DNA of 34,888 bases from Candidatus Omnitrophota bacterium (GCA_023818865.1 JAMWDF010000002.1:1-34888); one strand, 5' to 3'; positions 25,342 through 34,434 are shown, counted from the stretch's first letter. Numbers and translations are program-made. The notes: generated by a model from the sequence alone, not told the origin.

Positions 25342-27491
25342 CAGAGAGAGAAAGACAACAGATATTATCCTGGGAGCTAACCCCGGAGATAAAAATTCTC
25401 CGAGAAAAAGCCAGAGAGTGTCAGCGACTAATTCAGGAAGGATACTATTTGAGACCTTTTCAGCTTTCCCTGAGCGATGCCCAGGTCTGGTCAAATCGTT
25501 CTCCTGAAGAGGACTGGCTCATCTGGCGGGCTAGACGAACCGCTGAACGTCTGCGTGTCCTTCCCATCCATCTGGAGCCAGGTGAACTTATTGTTGGCAA
25601 GCCACTTTTTCGTCAGCCAACAACTGCTGAAAAAAAATTACTGAAGAAAGCAGAAAAAATCCTGGCTACAGTTCCGCCTTTTCCCGGAGGGGATGCTGGC
25701 CATTTCCATCCTGACTATGAGACTCTCTTCCAGGCAGGGATAGCAGGATTAGGTCTGAAAATTGTCTCTTGCCTGGAAAGTCCTAACCTCAAGGCTGAGC
25801 GAAAAGTTTTTTATCAAGCCTGCCAGATTGCCCTCAAGGGACTGCAGGTTTATATTCACCGGGTAGCTGAGGTTTGTCACAAGCTGGCTGGGCAAGATAA
25901 AAAAAACGTTGAGTCCTGGCAATCATTGAGTCAAATGTGTTGTTATCTGGCTAATAGTCCTCCTACCACCTTTCACCAGGCAGTCCAACTCCTTTTTCTC
26001 GTCACTATCAGCCTGTGGTTTGGAGAAGACCATGGACTCACTTCGCCGGGAAGATTAGACCGAATCCTCTGGCCATTTTACCAAGCGGATGTTAAGTCCG
26101 GTCGGTTAACTCCCCGGAGTGCTTTTGACCTGCTTTGCTGTCTTTTCATTCAGTATAACCGGATTCTTGGCCCAGGCTCAGCAGTGGCCGCGATGGTCGG
26201 TGGTCGGGATAGCCAAGGAAAGCCGATCTGTAATGACCTGACATTTATCTGCCTGGCTGCCAGAAAAGCCACCGGGCTGGTTTATCCAACGGTGGGCCTG
26301 GCTTGGCACAGAAATCTGCCGAAAAAACTGATGGATTTTTCCCTTAAAGTTTTGAGCACCGGCGTTGGTGACCCGGCTTTCTTCAATGATGAACTGATTG
26401 TTGAGGGGTTAAGGGAAAATGGGGTTAGTCGGCAGGATTCCTTTAATTATATGAATTCCACCTGTGTGGAAATAAAAATCTGTGGTGCTTCCAATATTTG
26501 GGTGACTGCTCCTTACTTCAACCTGCCTGGGGCTTTACTGGAGATCATTTGCTCCGGAAAGTCACCGGCTACCTTTGGAGCCTTAAAAAGCCTTTTGCGG
26601 AAGAATTTGTCAGAAAAGATTGCTTCAGCCGCGAGCAAACTGGATGAAATCTGGCAGAGACGCTCCCAGACTGGTTGTTTCCCGCTGGCCAGTTGCTTCA
26701 TCACTGACTGTCTGGAGCGCGGGCTGGATTTTGACCGGGGTGGAGCCAAATACAACTGGGTGGAGAATTCTTTTGTTGGCTTGGGGAATCTGGTGGACGG
26801 CCTTCTGGCGATTAAACATCTGGTATATGAAAAAAAGGTCCTGAGTTTGGACCAGTTTTCTCGAATACTCACTGCTAATTATAAGGGTGAGGAGAAACTG
26901 AGACAGTTCATTATTTCCCGATTGCCCCATTATGGCAACGACAACGATGAAGCAGACCGGCTGGCTAGGCAATGGGCTGAGTTTTTAATTCAGGAGACGG
27001 AAAAATGCCAAGTAGGGCCTCACCGATATGTTCCTGGGTTTTTCTGCTGGGTGATGCATGAAAGATTTGGCCGGGAAACTGGAGCCACCCCTGACGGGCG
27101 ATTAGCCGGTTGGCCTCTGGCGGATGGCGCAGGTGGCTGCCAGGGCCGGGAGACGAAAGGACCAACTGCAGCCGTTCTTTCTGCTACTAAATGGAGTCAC
27201 AAAAAAGTCCTCGGCGGACTGGTGCTAAACCTCAAGTTTTCTTCAGGTCTTCTGGCTACCAAGCAGGGGCAGGCAGCCGTGGGTAAACTGATAGAAACTT
27301 ACCTCAGCCGCGGTGGTTTTGAGGTCCAAATTAATGTGGTTAATTCAAAAATTTTGCGTCAGGCCCAGAAACATCCAGAAAGATATCAGGACCTCTTGGT
27401 CCGGGTGGCAGGCTACTCTGACTATTTTGTCCATCTACCGGAAAAACTCCAGCAAGAGATTATCGCCCGGACCGAGTACCGGGAGGGTTGA
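25338..27491 (+). CDS. Glycyl radical enzyme, PFL2/dehydratase-lyase type (compact, 717 aa)
   Basis: The C-terminal glycyl-radical motif is QDLLVRVAGYSDYFVHL (Gly692, nt 27411-27413), followed by QQEIIARTEY. The thiyl loop is YMNSTCVEIK (Cys376, nt 26463-26465), with Glu two residues after the Cys as in glycerol dehydratase/CutC-type GREs. The N-terminal block PIHLEPGELIVGK is typical of the PFL2 family. Confidence 0.85.
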   Translation: MTERERQQILSWELTPEIKILREKARECQRLIQEGYYLRPFQLSLSDAQVWSNRSPEEDWLIWRARRTAERLRVLPIHLEPGELIVGKPLFRQPTTAEKKLLKKAEKILATVPPFPGGDAGHFHPDYETLFQAGIAGLGLKIVSCLESPNLKAERKVFYQACQIALKGLQVYIHRVAEVCHKLAGQDKKNVESWQSLSQMCCYLANSPPTTFHQAVQLLFLVTISLWFGEDHGLTSPGRLDRILWPFYQADVKSGRLTPRSAFDLLCCLFIQYNRILGPGSAVAAMVGGRDSQGKPICNDLTFICLAARKATGLVYPTVGLAWHRNLPKKLMDFSLKVLSTGVGDPAFFNDELIVEGLRENGVSRQDSFNYMNSTCVEIKICGASNIWVTAPYFNLPGALLEIICSGKSPATFGALKSLLRKNLSEKIASAASKLDEIWQRRSQTGCFPLASCFITDCLERGLDFDRGGAKYNWVENSFVGLGNLVDGLLAIKHLVYEKKVLSLDQFSRILTANYKGEEKLRQFIISRLPHYGNDNDEADRLARQWAEFLIQETEKCQVGPHRYVPGFFCWVMHERFGRETGATPDGRLAGWPLADGAGGCQGRETKGPTAAVLSATKWSHKKVLGGLVLNLKFSSGLLATKQGQAAVGKLIETYLSRGGFEVQINVVNSKILRQAQKHPERYQDLLVRVAGYSDYFVHLPEKLQQEIIARTEYREG

Positions 27492-27591
27492 AGAAAACCT
27501 AACCTCGTTGTTGCTGAATCCAAGAGGTTTTAAGGAGATTGTTTCTCTCGTGATGTTATGATAGGATAAGAGCAATGAAAAGATTCCTAGG

Positions 27592-28539
27592 ATGAGACAT
27601 AAGGACAATACTCTCCTCCCCGAAGGCAGAAAGCAGAAAAAGAAAAGAGGGATTGCTGAGATTAGTTCTGTTTACCACCAGGAATTGTTCGCTGATATCA
27701 ATAGCCTTCTTGAAGAAGGAGGAATCCATCGGGTATTCTCAGACAGTGATACCGGCGTTTACCTTTTTCGCGGGGATTGCTTGGTCTTTATGGACATTCT
27801 CATCAAGAGCTTTCCCCGGGGTCTGGTTGACATGGTTTTCGCTGATCCTCCATATTTTCTGTCCAATGGAGGTATTACCTGCCGGGCCGGAAGAATGACC
27901 TGTGTGAACAAGGGTATCTGGGACAGGTCACGAGGAATAGATGAAAACCACCGATTCAATCAAGCCTGGCTTCTTCGGTGTCAGAAAATTCTCAAACCTG
28001 ATGGCACGCTCTGGGTTACCGGAACGCATCACGTTATCTACTCAGTTGGTTTTGCCATGCAGCAACTTGGTATGAAAATTTTGAATGATATCACCTGGGA
28101 AAAACCCAATCCACCGCCCAACCTTTCCTGTCGTTATTTCACCCATTCAACAGAAACAGTTATCTGGGCAGCTAGGGACAGGCGATCAAAACACCTCTTT
28201 AATTATGGGACAATGAGAAAGCTTAACCGTGGGCGGCAGATGAAAACAGTTTGGACCATTCCACCACCTGGTCCGGATGAAAAACATTTCGGCAAACATC
28301 CGACTCAGAAACCAGTTAAGCTTCTTGAGAGAATCATTCTGGCCAGCACCAGGGAGAATGATTTAGTATTCGACCCTTTTACCGGAAGCGGCACTACTGG
28401 GGTTGCCGCCGTGAATCTAAAGCGGAGATTCGTCGGTTGCGAACTTGATCCTACTTTCGCCGAACTTGCGGTTAAGCGATTGAAGCAGGCTACCCAAGAA
28501 AGAGTTGTTTGCCCGGAGATATTCGGAGTCAGGCGATGA
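27592..28539 (+). CDS. Type II DNA methyltransferase, beta-class N6-adenine (or N4-cytosine) family
   Basis: Motif IV VFADPPYFLSNGG comes before motif I LVFDPFTGSGTTGVAA, which is the beta-class order. HPTQKPVKLLERIILAS is present. DPPY rather than SPPY favours m6A. The N-terminal ~50 aa extension and the exact start are uncertain. Confidence 0.85.
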   Translation: MRHKDNTLLPEGRKQKKKRGIAEISSVYHQELFADINSLLEEGGIHRVFSDSDTGVYLFRGDCLVFMDILIKSFPRGLVDMVFADPPYFLSNGGITCRAGRMTCVNKGIWDRSRGIDENHRFNQAWLLRCQKILKPDGTLWVTGTHHVIYSVGFAMQQLGMKILNDITWEKPNPPPNLSCRYFTHSTETVIWAARDRRSKHLFNYGTMRKLNRGRQMKTVWTIPPPGPDEKHFGKHPTQKPVKLLERIILASTRENDLVFDPFTGSGTTGVAAVNLKRRFVGCELDPTFAELAVKRLKQATQERVVCPEIFGVRR

Positions 28540-29081
28540 AAAAGGACAGCCGGGGAGGCGGTCATACCATCACCGGCTTGAATTTCGAGAAGAAGGTTAA
28601 TCTTCAGGCAGCCTTAGCCAGCATTCCTGGTTACCAGATTCAGAAGGTGGCTAACAAAGCCGGTCACCACTTACTCTTCAAAGGAAAACTAGTTGCCAGA
28701 TGTTTCAAAAAGCACGAATTTTATGAATTTTTGAAGGAAAATAACATCCAGTGGAGGAAATTTGTCACCAGACGGTTATTGCCTGATGATGCTCTCTTGG
28801 TAGTCGTTCGGCGAACCTTGTTCATTATAGAAATGAAATATCAGCAAGTATCAGGCTCAGTGGATGAAAAACTGCAAACCAGTGATTTCAAGAAGAGGCA
28901 ATACACAAAACTTGTCAGCCCTCTGGGCTTGCAGGTGAAGTACGTCTACCTCCTCAGCAACTGGTTTAAGAAACCCGAGTATGCTGATGTTCTTGATTAC
29001 ATCAAGGATACAGGCTGCCATTACTTCTTTAACGAACTGCCGCTGATTTTTTTAGGTTTGCCTGAGGGTGAAGGTCACTGA
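28536..29081 (+). CDS. Putative Type II restriction endonuclease (PD-(D/E)xK fold)
   Basis: Track ORF 28509..29081. ATG 28536 overlaps the methyltransferase stop as ATGA. LLPDDALLVV...TLFIIEMKYQ gives a PD...E-x-K signature. It is 181 aa and sits directly downstream of the MTase. Confidence 0.6.
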   Translation: MKKDSRGGGHTITGLNFEKKVNLQAALASIPGYQIQKVANKAGHHLLFKGKLVARCFKKHEFYEFLKENNIQWRKFVTRRLLPDDALLVVVRRTLFIIEMKYQQVSGSVDEKLQTSDFKKRQYTKLVSPLGLQVKYVYLLSNWFKKPEYADVLDYIKDTGCHYFFNELPLIFLGLPEGEGH

Positions 29082-29197
29082 CAAGGAATAGAACCCCTTT
29101 TTCTTCTAAAGAGAAGCCGGACATGAAGGGAAGAAGGACAAAACTAAGGGACCTGAACAAATTTTAACTCCCATCTGGTGTAAGAAATCCTGGTGGT

Positions 29198-30295
29198 TTA
29201 TAGCTGGGGTAATTGCCACCGGGTATAAAGTAAAGAGCATTTTTCTTCAGAGGCAAGTTGCTGATAGTATACGGTGAGAACGCTGCCATCAGGCATCTCT
29301 ACGGAAGAAGGATAGCCCAGATCAGGGCTAGGGCCGTCATCCCGAATGACCCAGTCAGTTTCCCAGGTCTTGCCGTTATCCAGGCTGAACATCACCCGCT
29401 GGCCATAAGGTAACCGACGATATCCGTAGACACACACTAAAATTCCTGAAGAATGACGCAGGAGATGAGGTGGGGAACCATATACCCCGGTGGGTAGGGC
29501 TTTTGTCCAGGTCTTTCCGCCATCAGTTGACTCTGTCTGGAAAAGACTGAAGTTGATTAAGCCAGCCTCTGGTTTTTCCTCTTTTAACTTCTGCACCCGG
29601 ATTAACCCTACCAATTTGCCGGAAGGTAATTCCACGACATGGGGTTCATAGTAATTCTCAGGTTCCGTTCCTTCAAAGACAGGCACTTTTCCAACGACTT
29701 CCCAGCTCTTAGCCTCTTGACTCCAGGCGCAAATAATCGGCCTATTACTTTTCTGAACAGGTGTTGCCTTCCCCAAATAGAGCAATTTTCCGCAAGACAG
29801 TTTAATCGGCCCGTGGGGAGTATTGCAAGGTGTGGGAAAAGGGCCAATCCAACTTTCTCCGCCATCCTCAGAAATTAGAGACCAGGAACCTAACCATCTG
29901 TCAATATTGGCTTCGCTCTGGCCTTCCAAGGCTTCGGACCAGGAAGACAGTTCCTCATCGCCAAGCGCTTTCCGTAAGTTTTCTAAATAAGTCCGGGTGT
30001 TGGAGGTGAACCAGGTAACTAGAATTCTTTTTCCGCCCAGGCTAATCACGCCGGCATCCCGATCATCCAGGGGAGAATTGCTAATCACCAGGGGCCCTGA
30101 CCAGGTGTCTCCTTCATCATTACTGAAATAGAGGGTTGTTTTGCCAAAAGGACAGATATGCCAGCGCCTCAGCCCGGAACTGGCGACTACCAGCCGGTCA
30201 TCGTCCAGCCTGGCAATGGTTGGCCAACCAAAGTACCCGTTTTTTTCCTTCCCCAACCAGCAGACAACTCCGTGTTTCCCCTGAATTCTCTTCAT
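29198..30295 (-). CDS. BNR/Asp-box repeat protein, sialidase-fold (GH33-like) six-bladed propeller, cytoplasmic
   Basis: There are four Asp-boxes: SNDEGDTW, SEDGGESW, STDGGKTW and SLDNGKTW. No signal peptide. I could not find a clear FRIP motif (the N-terminus has GWPTIARL instead). Confidence 0.7.
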   Translation of the reverse strand: MKRIQGKHGVVCWLGKEKNGYFGWPTIARLDDDRLVVASSGLRRWHICPFGKTTLYFSNDEGDTWSGPLVISNSPLDDRDAGVISLGGKRILVTWFTSNTRTYLENLRKALGDEELSSWSEALEGQSEANIDRWLGSWSLISEDGGESWIGPFPTPCNTPHGPIKLSCGKLLYLGKATPVQKSNRPIICAWSQEAKSWEVVGKVPVFEGTEPENYYEPHVVELPSGKLVGLIRVQKLKEEKPEAGLINFSLFQTESTDGGKTWTKALPTGVYGSPPHLLRHSSGILVCVYGYRRLPYGQRVMFSLDNGKTWETDWVIRDDGPSPDLGYPSSVEMPDGSVLTVYYQQLASEEKCSLLYTRWQLPQL

Positions 30296-30398
30296 GTCGT
30301 TTCCTTTAATTCTTTCCTTCTTGAAACACTAAGCAGTTAATGACCTACCCTGAATTTTTTCCCAAAGATGCTTGCGTCTCTGTTTGTCTCTTGCCTTA

Positions 30399-30407
30399 TG
30401 CTATAAT
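30399..30407 (+). promoter_or_regulatory. Extended -10 promoter element (TGcTATAAT) upstream of cysS
   Basis: TGCTATAAT lies at 30399-30407, 60 nt upstream of the cysS ATG. There is no good -35, consistent with an extended -10 type promoter. Confidence 0.35.
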
Positions 30408-30467
30408 AACCGCAAAATTAATTTTAATCCATTAAAACGGATAAAAGCCAGAAAGAGTGTCAGCTCG

Positions 30468-31853
30468 ATGAAATTCTTCAACACCTTAACCGGCAAGAAA
30501 GAAGACTTCCAGACTCTTCAGCCTGGTCAAGTAGGGCTATATACCTGTGGGCCAACCGTTTATGACCTGGCGCACATTGGTAATTTTAGAGCCTATGTAT
30601 TTGAAGACCTGCTTCATCGTTACCTGCTTTACCGTGGTTACGCCGTCACCAGGGTGATGAACATTACGGATGTGGATGACAAGACCATTGCCGGCTGTCT
30701 GAGAGAGGGTATTAGCCTTAAGGAGTTTACCAACCGATACCTCAAATTCTTTTTGGAAGACATGGAGAGCCTTCGGCTTTTGAAACCAGATTATCTTCCC
30801 CGGGCGACCGAGCATATTCCGGAGATGGTTTCCTTGATAAAAACCCTTTTAGAAAAAGGCTTTGCCTATATGAAGGATGGCTCCATTTATTTTCGGATCA
30901 GTAAATTCCCCAGTTATGGAAAGCTGGCCCATTTGGATCTCTCGGCTATCAAACCCGGGGCGAGGGTAGAAGTGGATGAATATAGCAAGGAAGATGTGCG
31001 GGATTTTGCTCTGTGGAAGGCAGAACCGGAAGGTCAGGTAGCGTGGGAAACAGAACTTGGTCGGGGCCGACCGGGCTGGCACATTGAGTGCTCCGCTATG
31101 TCCATGAAGTATTTGGGAGAAACCTTTGATATTCACACTGGCGGGATAGACAATATCTTCCCTCATCATGAAAACGAGATTGCTCAGAGCGAGGCGGCTA
31201 CTGGGAAACCATTTGTCAGATATTGGCTTCACTGCGCCCATCTTCTGGTAAACAATGAGAAAATGTCCAAATCAAAAGGAAATTTTTACACTCTGCGTGA
31301 CCTGCTGAACAAAGGATACAACCCGCTTGCTGTTAGATATCTGCTGCTGAGTACCCACTACCGTGACCCCCTGAATTTTACAGAAACCTCTCTGGCTCAG
31401 GCCACTAACACTCTCCGGCATTACCAGGAGTTTTTCCATAACCTTTCTTTTTACCAGGGGAAACAAGATAACCAAATACTATCTCAGAAAATTGATCAGG
31501 CTAGAAAAGCCTTCATTGAGCATCTGGACGATGACCTGAACATTTCCCCAGCCTTGGCGGCTATCTTTGAATTGATTAAAGAAGCCAACATCGCTCTGAA
31601 TACCGCGTCTTTCTCCGCAGAAAACGTCAGGCAATTGGAATCTTTCTTTCTGGAAGTAGATCAGGTTCTGGCTATTTTGGAGAGACGAAAAGAGACCTTG
31701 GAAGAAGAAATAGTCAGGTTGATCCGGCAGAGGGAAGAAGCCAGAAAGGCAAAGAATTTTAAGAAAGCCGATGAGATTCGGGAGGAATTACTCCGGCAGG
31801 GTATTGTTCTTGAAGATACCCCAGCCGGTACCCGCTGGCATCGCCGCCAGTAA
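30468..31853 (+). CDS. cysS: Cysteine--tRNA ligase
   Basis: The track start at 30372 is a TTG; ATG 30468 gives MKFFNTLTGKKEDF. LYTCGPTVYDLAHIGNFR carries the HIGH motif. GWHIECSAM and KMSKSKGNF (KMSKS) are also present. Confidence 0.92.
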   Translation: MKFFNTLTGKKEDFQTLQPGQVGLYTCGPTVYDLAHIGNFRAYVFEDLLHRYLLYRGYAVTRVMNITDVDDKTIAGCLREGISLKEFTNRYLKFFLEDMESLRLLKPDYLPRATEHIPEMVSLIKTLLEKGFAYMKDGSIYFRISKFPSYGKLAHLDLSAIKPGARVEVDEYSKEDVRDFALWKAEPEGQVAWETELGRGRPGWHIECSAMSMKYLGETFDIHTGGIDNIFPHHENEIAQSEAATGKPFVRYWLHCAHLLVNNEKMSKSKGNFYTLRDLLNKGYNPLAVRYLLLSTHYRDPLNFTETSLAQATNTLRHYQEFFHNLSFYQGKQDNQILSQKIDQARKAFIEHLDDDLNISPALAAIFELIKEANIALNTASFSAENVRQLESFFLEVDQVLAILERRKETLEEEIVRLIRQREEARKAKNFKKADEIREELLRQGIVLEDTPAGTRWHRRQ

Positions 31854-31861
31854 GTCTTGAC

Positions 31862-32665
31862 TTAAATTCCAGCCAACATTTTCCTGGCGGCCCGATAGCC
31901 TTCCTCAATTAACGTCGGTACTTGGCTCAGATTGGTGTAATCGTATCCAGCCAGGTCAGGTTCAATGGTCAAATCTGCCTGAACAAGTTGCTGACTGGCC
32001 GCGGTATTCACCAGAATGTCAAAGGTGTTTGTGAGCAGGTCAATGATATTTCTCGGCCGGCGATAGTTTCTTTTAGCCGTCAAATTCACTCCTACCCGCA
32101 CCGTCGCTCCCATCTCGGACAAAGGAGAAATAGGAACATTTTCTACCAGTCCTCCATCCATCAACCAGCGTCCTTCCCTTTCCACTGGCAGGAAAATCCC
32201 CGGGACCGCGGCACTGGCCATGACCGCAGTTTCCAAGTCGCCCTCGTGAATCACTACCTTTTCGCCGGTAGAAATATCAGTCGCCAGAATTGCTAAAGGA
32301 AGAATAGCCATTTCTACCTTCACCGGCCCTAAGATTTCCTTGACAATTTCGCCTAATGGCCGATTAGAAAGAAGACCATATCGGGAAAGAGATACTCCAG
32401 AGACATCAAGCCATTTCAGCTTTCTAACCGTCTCCTCTAGTTGTCTAATACTCACTCCAAAGGCGTAAAGGGAAGCGACCAGCGCGCCCACACTTGTTCC
32501 AGACAGACAGGCGATATTAACCTTCTCTTCTTCAAAGGCCCGAAGAACGCCTACATGAGCTGCCCCTAAGACTGCTCCTCCGCCTAAGGCCAATCCGACC
32601 CGGGCTCGGGAAAGTTTCTCCTTTAAGTTTTTTTGCCTCTGGAATAACCTGTAAAAAATAGCCAT
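31862..32665 (-). CDS. Patatin-like phospholipase family protein
   Basis: GLALGGGAVLGAAHVGVL is the oxyanion GGG.G motif, GTSVGA is the G-x-S-x-G nucleophile, and MDGGLVENVP is the catalytic DGG. Confidence 0.85.
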   Translation of the reverse strand: MAIFYRLFQRQKNLKEKLSRARVGLALGGGAVLGAAHVGVLRAFEEEKVNIACLSGTSVGALVASLYAFGVSIRQLEETVRKLKWLDVSGVSLSRYGLLSNRPLGEIVKEILGPVKVEMAILPLAILATDISTGEKVVIHEGDLETAVMASAAVPGIFLPVEREGRWLMDGGLVENVPISPLSEMGATVRVGVNLTAKRNYRRPRNIIDLLTNTFDILVNTAASQQLVQADLTIEPDLAGYDYTNLSQVPTLIEEGYRAARKMLAGI

Positions 32666-32692
32666 AATTCCCTGGTCCGGTTCTATGCGGTC

Positions 32693-34057
32693 TCAGTTAA
32701 ATGTGGCTAGCATTGTTGAGTAGGCTGGCAAGAATATTCGGTCCAGGTTAATCTCCCTTTTTATCACTTCTCTGGCACTTTGGTTGATTTCTTCAATGGT
32801 TACCCGTTTTTTCTCTGGATGGTTCTGGAAACTGACTCGCCACCAGTGACCTTCCTGGGTAGGATTGGCTACCAGTACCAGAATCTGGCCAGCCGAGTTT
32901 CTTCCGGCCAGAAACCACAACCCCCCAGATTGCTCCCCAGTCTTCACCAGAAGCTTTTCACACCCAGCCAGCCGTGACCATAACGAAAAAGCCAGAGCAG
33001 GTTTTTTCGGAGTGCCATCAGGCTGAAACAGACCATAAAAATTAGGCTGATGCATGGACATGTCTATCCCCCGGTACACGAAGGCCTGACTCACATTTTC
33101 TGCCTGCAGAGCAATCCACGCCGCAGTAAGTATGGCTGCCCCAGCACTGCCAGCTCTCACTTCAATCGGAGATAACCCAGCCGGCAGGCGGCGGTCATCG
33201 GTATGATACTCAGTTACATGGCTTTCAGTTTTGAATAGGCCGCGTTTATCAAGTTCCTGACGGTAGAAGCGAGCTGCTTGCCTGAAAGTTACCGGGTCGT
33301 TAGCGTAAAGATGCCAGGAAATAAAATCAAGCGGGGTCCTCTGTCTCTGGATAAAATCCAGGAAAGCCGTGACTGTCAGATTGCCCCTGGGAAGAACAAC
33401 GGCCGCGGCTGTAAAGCCTGGTCCACCAACTTTTATCTCGGGAAAGTTTTTCTTCAAGGCGCAGGCTGTCTCATGGAAAAGAAGGTGAAATTCGTAAGGG
33501 GAATCGTCCCAGAATTGCTTGTGGTCCGGTTCGTTCCAGATTTCTACATAACGGAGCTTAGCCCCTGTGAGAGACCGATAGTGCCGGACCACTTCAACGG
33601 CTGCCCTAACCCAGTTATGCCTATTTATTGGAGCGCGTCTTTCAGGTGCAGGAAAATTTGGTCCGCTGTTCCAGGAATCGCCCAGCCGAAAATATGGCTC
33701 AAACCCGCCAGAAGTAATTGCCTTGAAAATTTGGTCGCTGTCTTCAAAGTTATAAGAGGCTGGAGAAACAGGGTCAGATTTCTGATCTGGATACAGGGTG
33801 GCCATGTCAAGGTAACCGTAATAATCGTGGGTACGCACCTGCTGGACACCAATTTTTTTATACGGCAGGGTGAGGTTAACTGCTTTACCTTCCCGGTTGA
33901 CCATTATCGGCCCTGCGTTCACCCCTAACAGCGGTTGAATGAAACCAGTTTTTTCCCCAATGGCTATTTCCACTTCTGCTGACAAGGAGAGAGAGAAAAA
34001 AAGAAGCTGCCCGCAAGCAAATAATTCTTTCCTTCTAAGCGTTTGGTGGCGAAACAT
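32693..34057 (-). CDS. Secreted clan GH-A glycoside hydrolase (GH39/GH5-like)
   Basis: Track ORF 32693..34114. I moved the start to ATG 34057 (AAGGAGAAAA-ATG), giving MFRHQTLRRKELFACGQLLFFSLSLSAE (signal peptide). VRTHDYYG is present. YVEIWNEPD has the acid/base NEP motif, and ESHVTEYH is the candidate nucleophile Glu. Confidence 0.6.
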   Translation of the reverse strand: MFRHQTLRRKELFACGQLLFFSLSLSAEVEIAIGEKTGFIQPLLGVNAGPIMVNREGKAVNLTLPYKKIGVQQVRTHDYYGYLDMATLYPDQKSDPVSPASYNFEDSDQIFKAITSGGFEPYFRLGDSWNSGPNFPAPERRAPINRHNWVRAAVEVVRHYRSLTGAKLRYVEIWNEPDHKQFWDDSPYEFHLLFHETACALKKNFPEIKVGGPGFTAAAVVLPRGNLTVTAFLDFIQRQRTPLDFISWHLYANDPVTFRQAARFYRQELDKRGLFKTESHVTEYHTDDRRLPAGLSPIEVRAGSAGAAILTAAWIALQAENVSQAFVYRGIDMSMHQPNFYGLFQPDGTPKKPALAFSLWSRLAGCEKLLVKTGEQSGGLWFLAGRNSAGQILVLVANPTQEGHWWRVSFQNHPEKKRVTIEEINQSAREVIKREINLDRIFLPAYSTMLATFN

Positions 34058-34081
34058 TTTTCTCCTTGTTCCCTTCTCGTT

Positions 34082-34110
34082 ATTATGCTTCCAGGATTTT
34101 CGCCTGTCAA
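34082..34110 (-). promoter_or_regulatory. Sigma70-type promoter for the GH-A hydrolase/patatin operon (TTGACA-17-CATAAT)
   Basis: The minus strand reads TTGACA-GGCGAAAATCCTGGAAG-CATAAT, followed by about 24 nt containing AAGGAG before ATG 34057. Confidence 0.5.
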
Positions 34111-34434
34111 ACAATTTTTTAATTATTTTCCGCCTAAAGATAGCCGAGAAATCTATTTGCCAAAGTGGGGTAAACTATCTTGCTGGCTTTCCGAGGCTGT
34201 GATTTGCTAATGTTTGAAAAATAAGTTTTTGCTCCTTCAAAGGGAAGTGAATTCCAGACCAAGTCGTTAGTCATATAGCCGGAATTAAACTTAGGAAAAA
34301 AGAGGTTTAAAGCACCGAGCAAAGTCCACTTCACTTAAGGAAACAAATAATTCTTCCGGTTTCCAATTCAACCATGTTCACCCTTAGAAAATAGCTCTGC
34401 CTCTATTCAGAAGTTGCATAACGCGCTTTCTAAA

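Noticed and set aside
27494-27531. Inverted repeat AAAACCT...AGGTTTT (7 bp, 24-nt loop; alternatively AACCTC/GAGGTT) just after the GRE stop, considered as a terminator.
   Set aside because: The stem is short and AT-rich, the loop is long and no U-tract follows, so this is not a convincing intrinsic terminator.
29082-29197. The convergent intergenic region between the endonuclease and the BNR gene, searched for a bidirectional terminator or island-boundary repeats.
   Set aside because: I found only a 5-bp CTTCT/AGAAG hairpin. No direct or inverted repeats are shared with the upstream R-M flank (27492-27591).
33278-33928. A 216-aa plus-strand ORF opposite the GH-A hydrolase.
   Set aside because: The minus-strand frame contains the signal peptide and the WNEPD and TEYH motifs. 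The plus-strand ORF has no features.
34134-34334. The 66-aa ORF as a stand-alone gene.
   Set aside because: It has a GTG start with no SD and no recognisable motif, and it directly abuts the promoter of the next operon. It is more likely a remnant or frameshifted piece, so I did not list it as a CDS.
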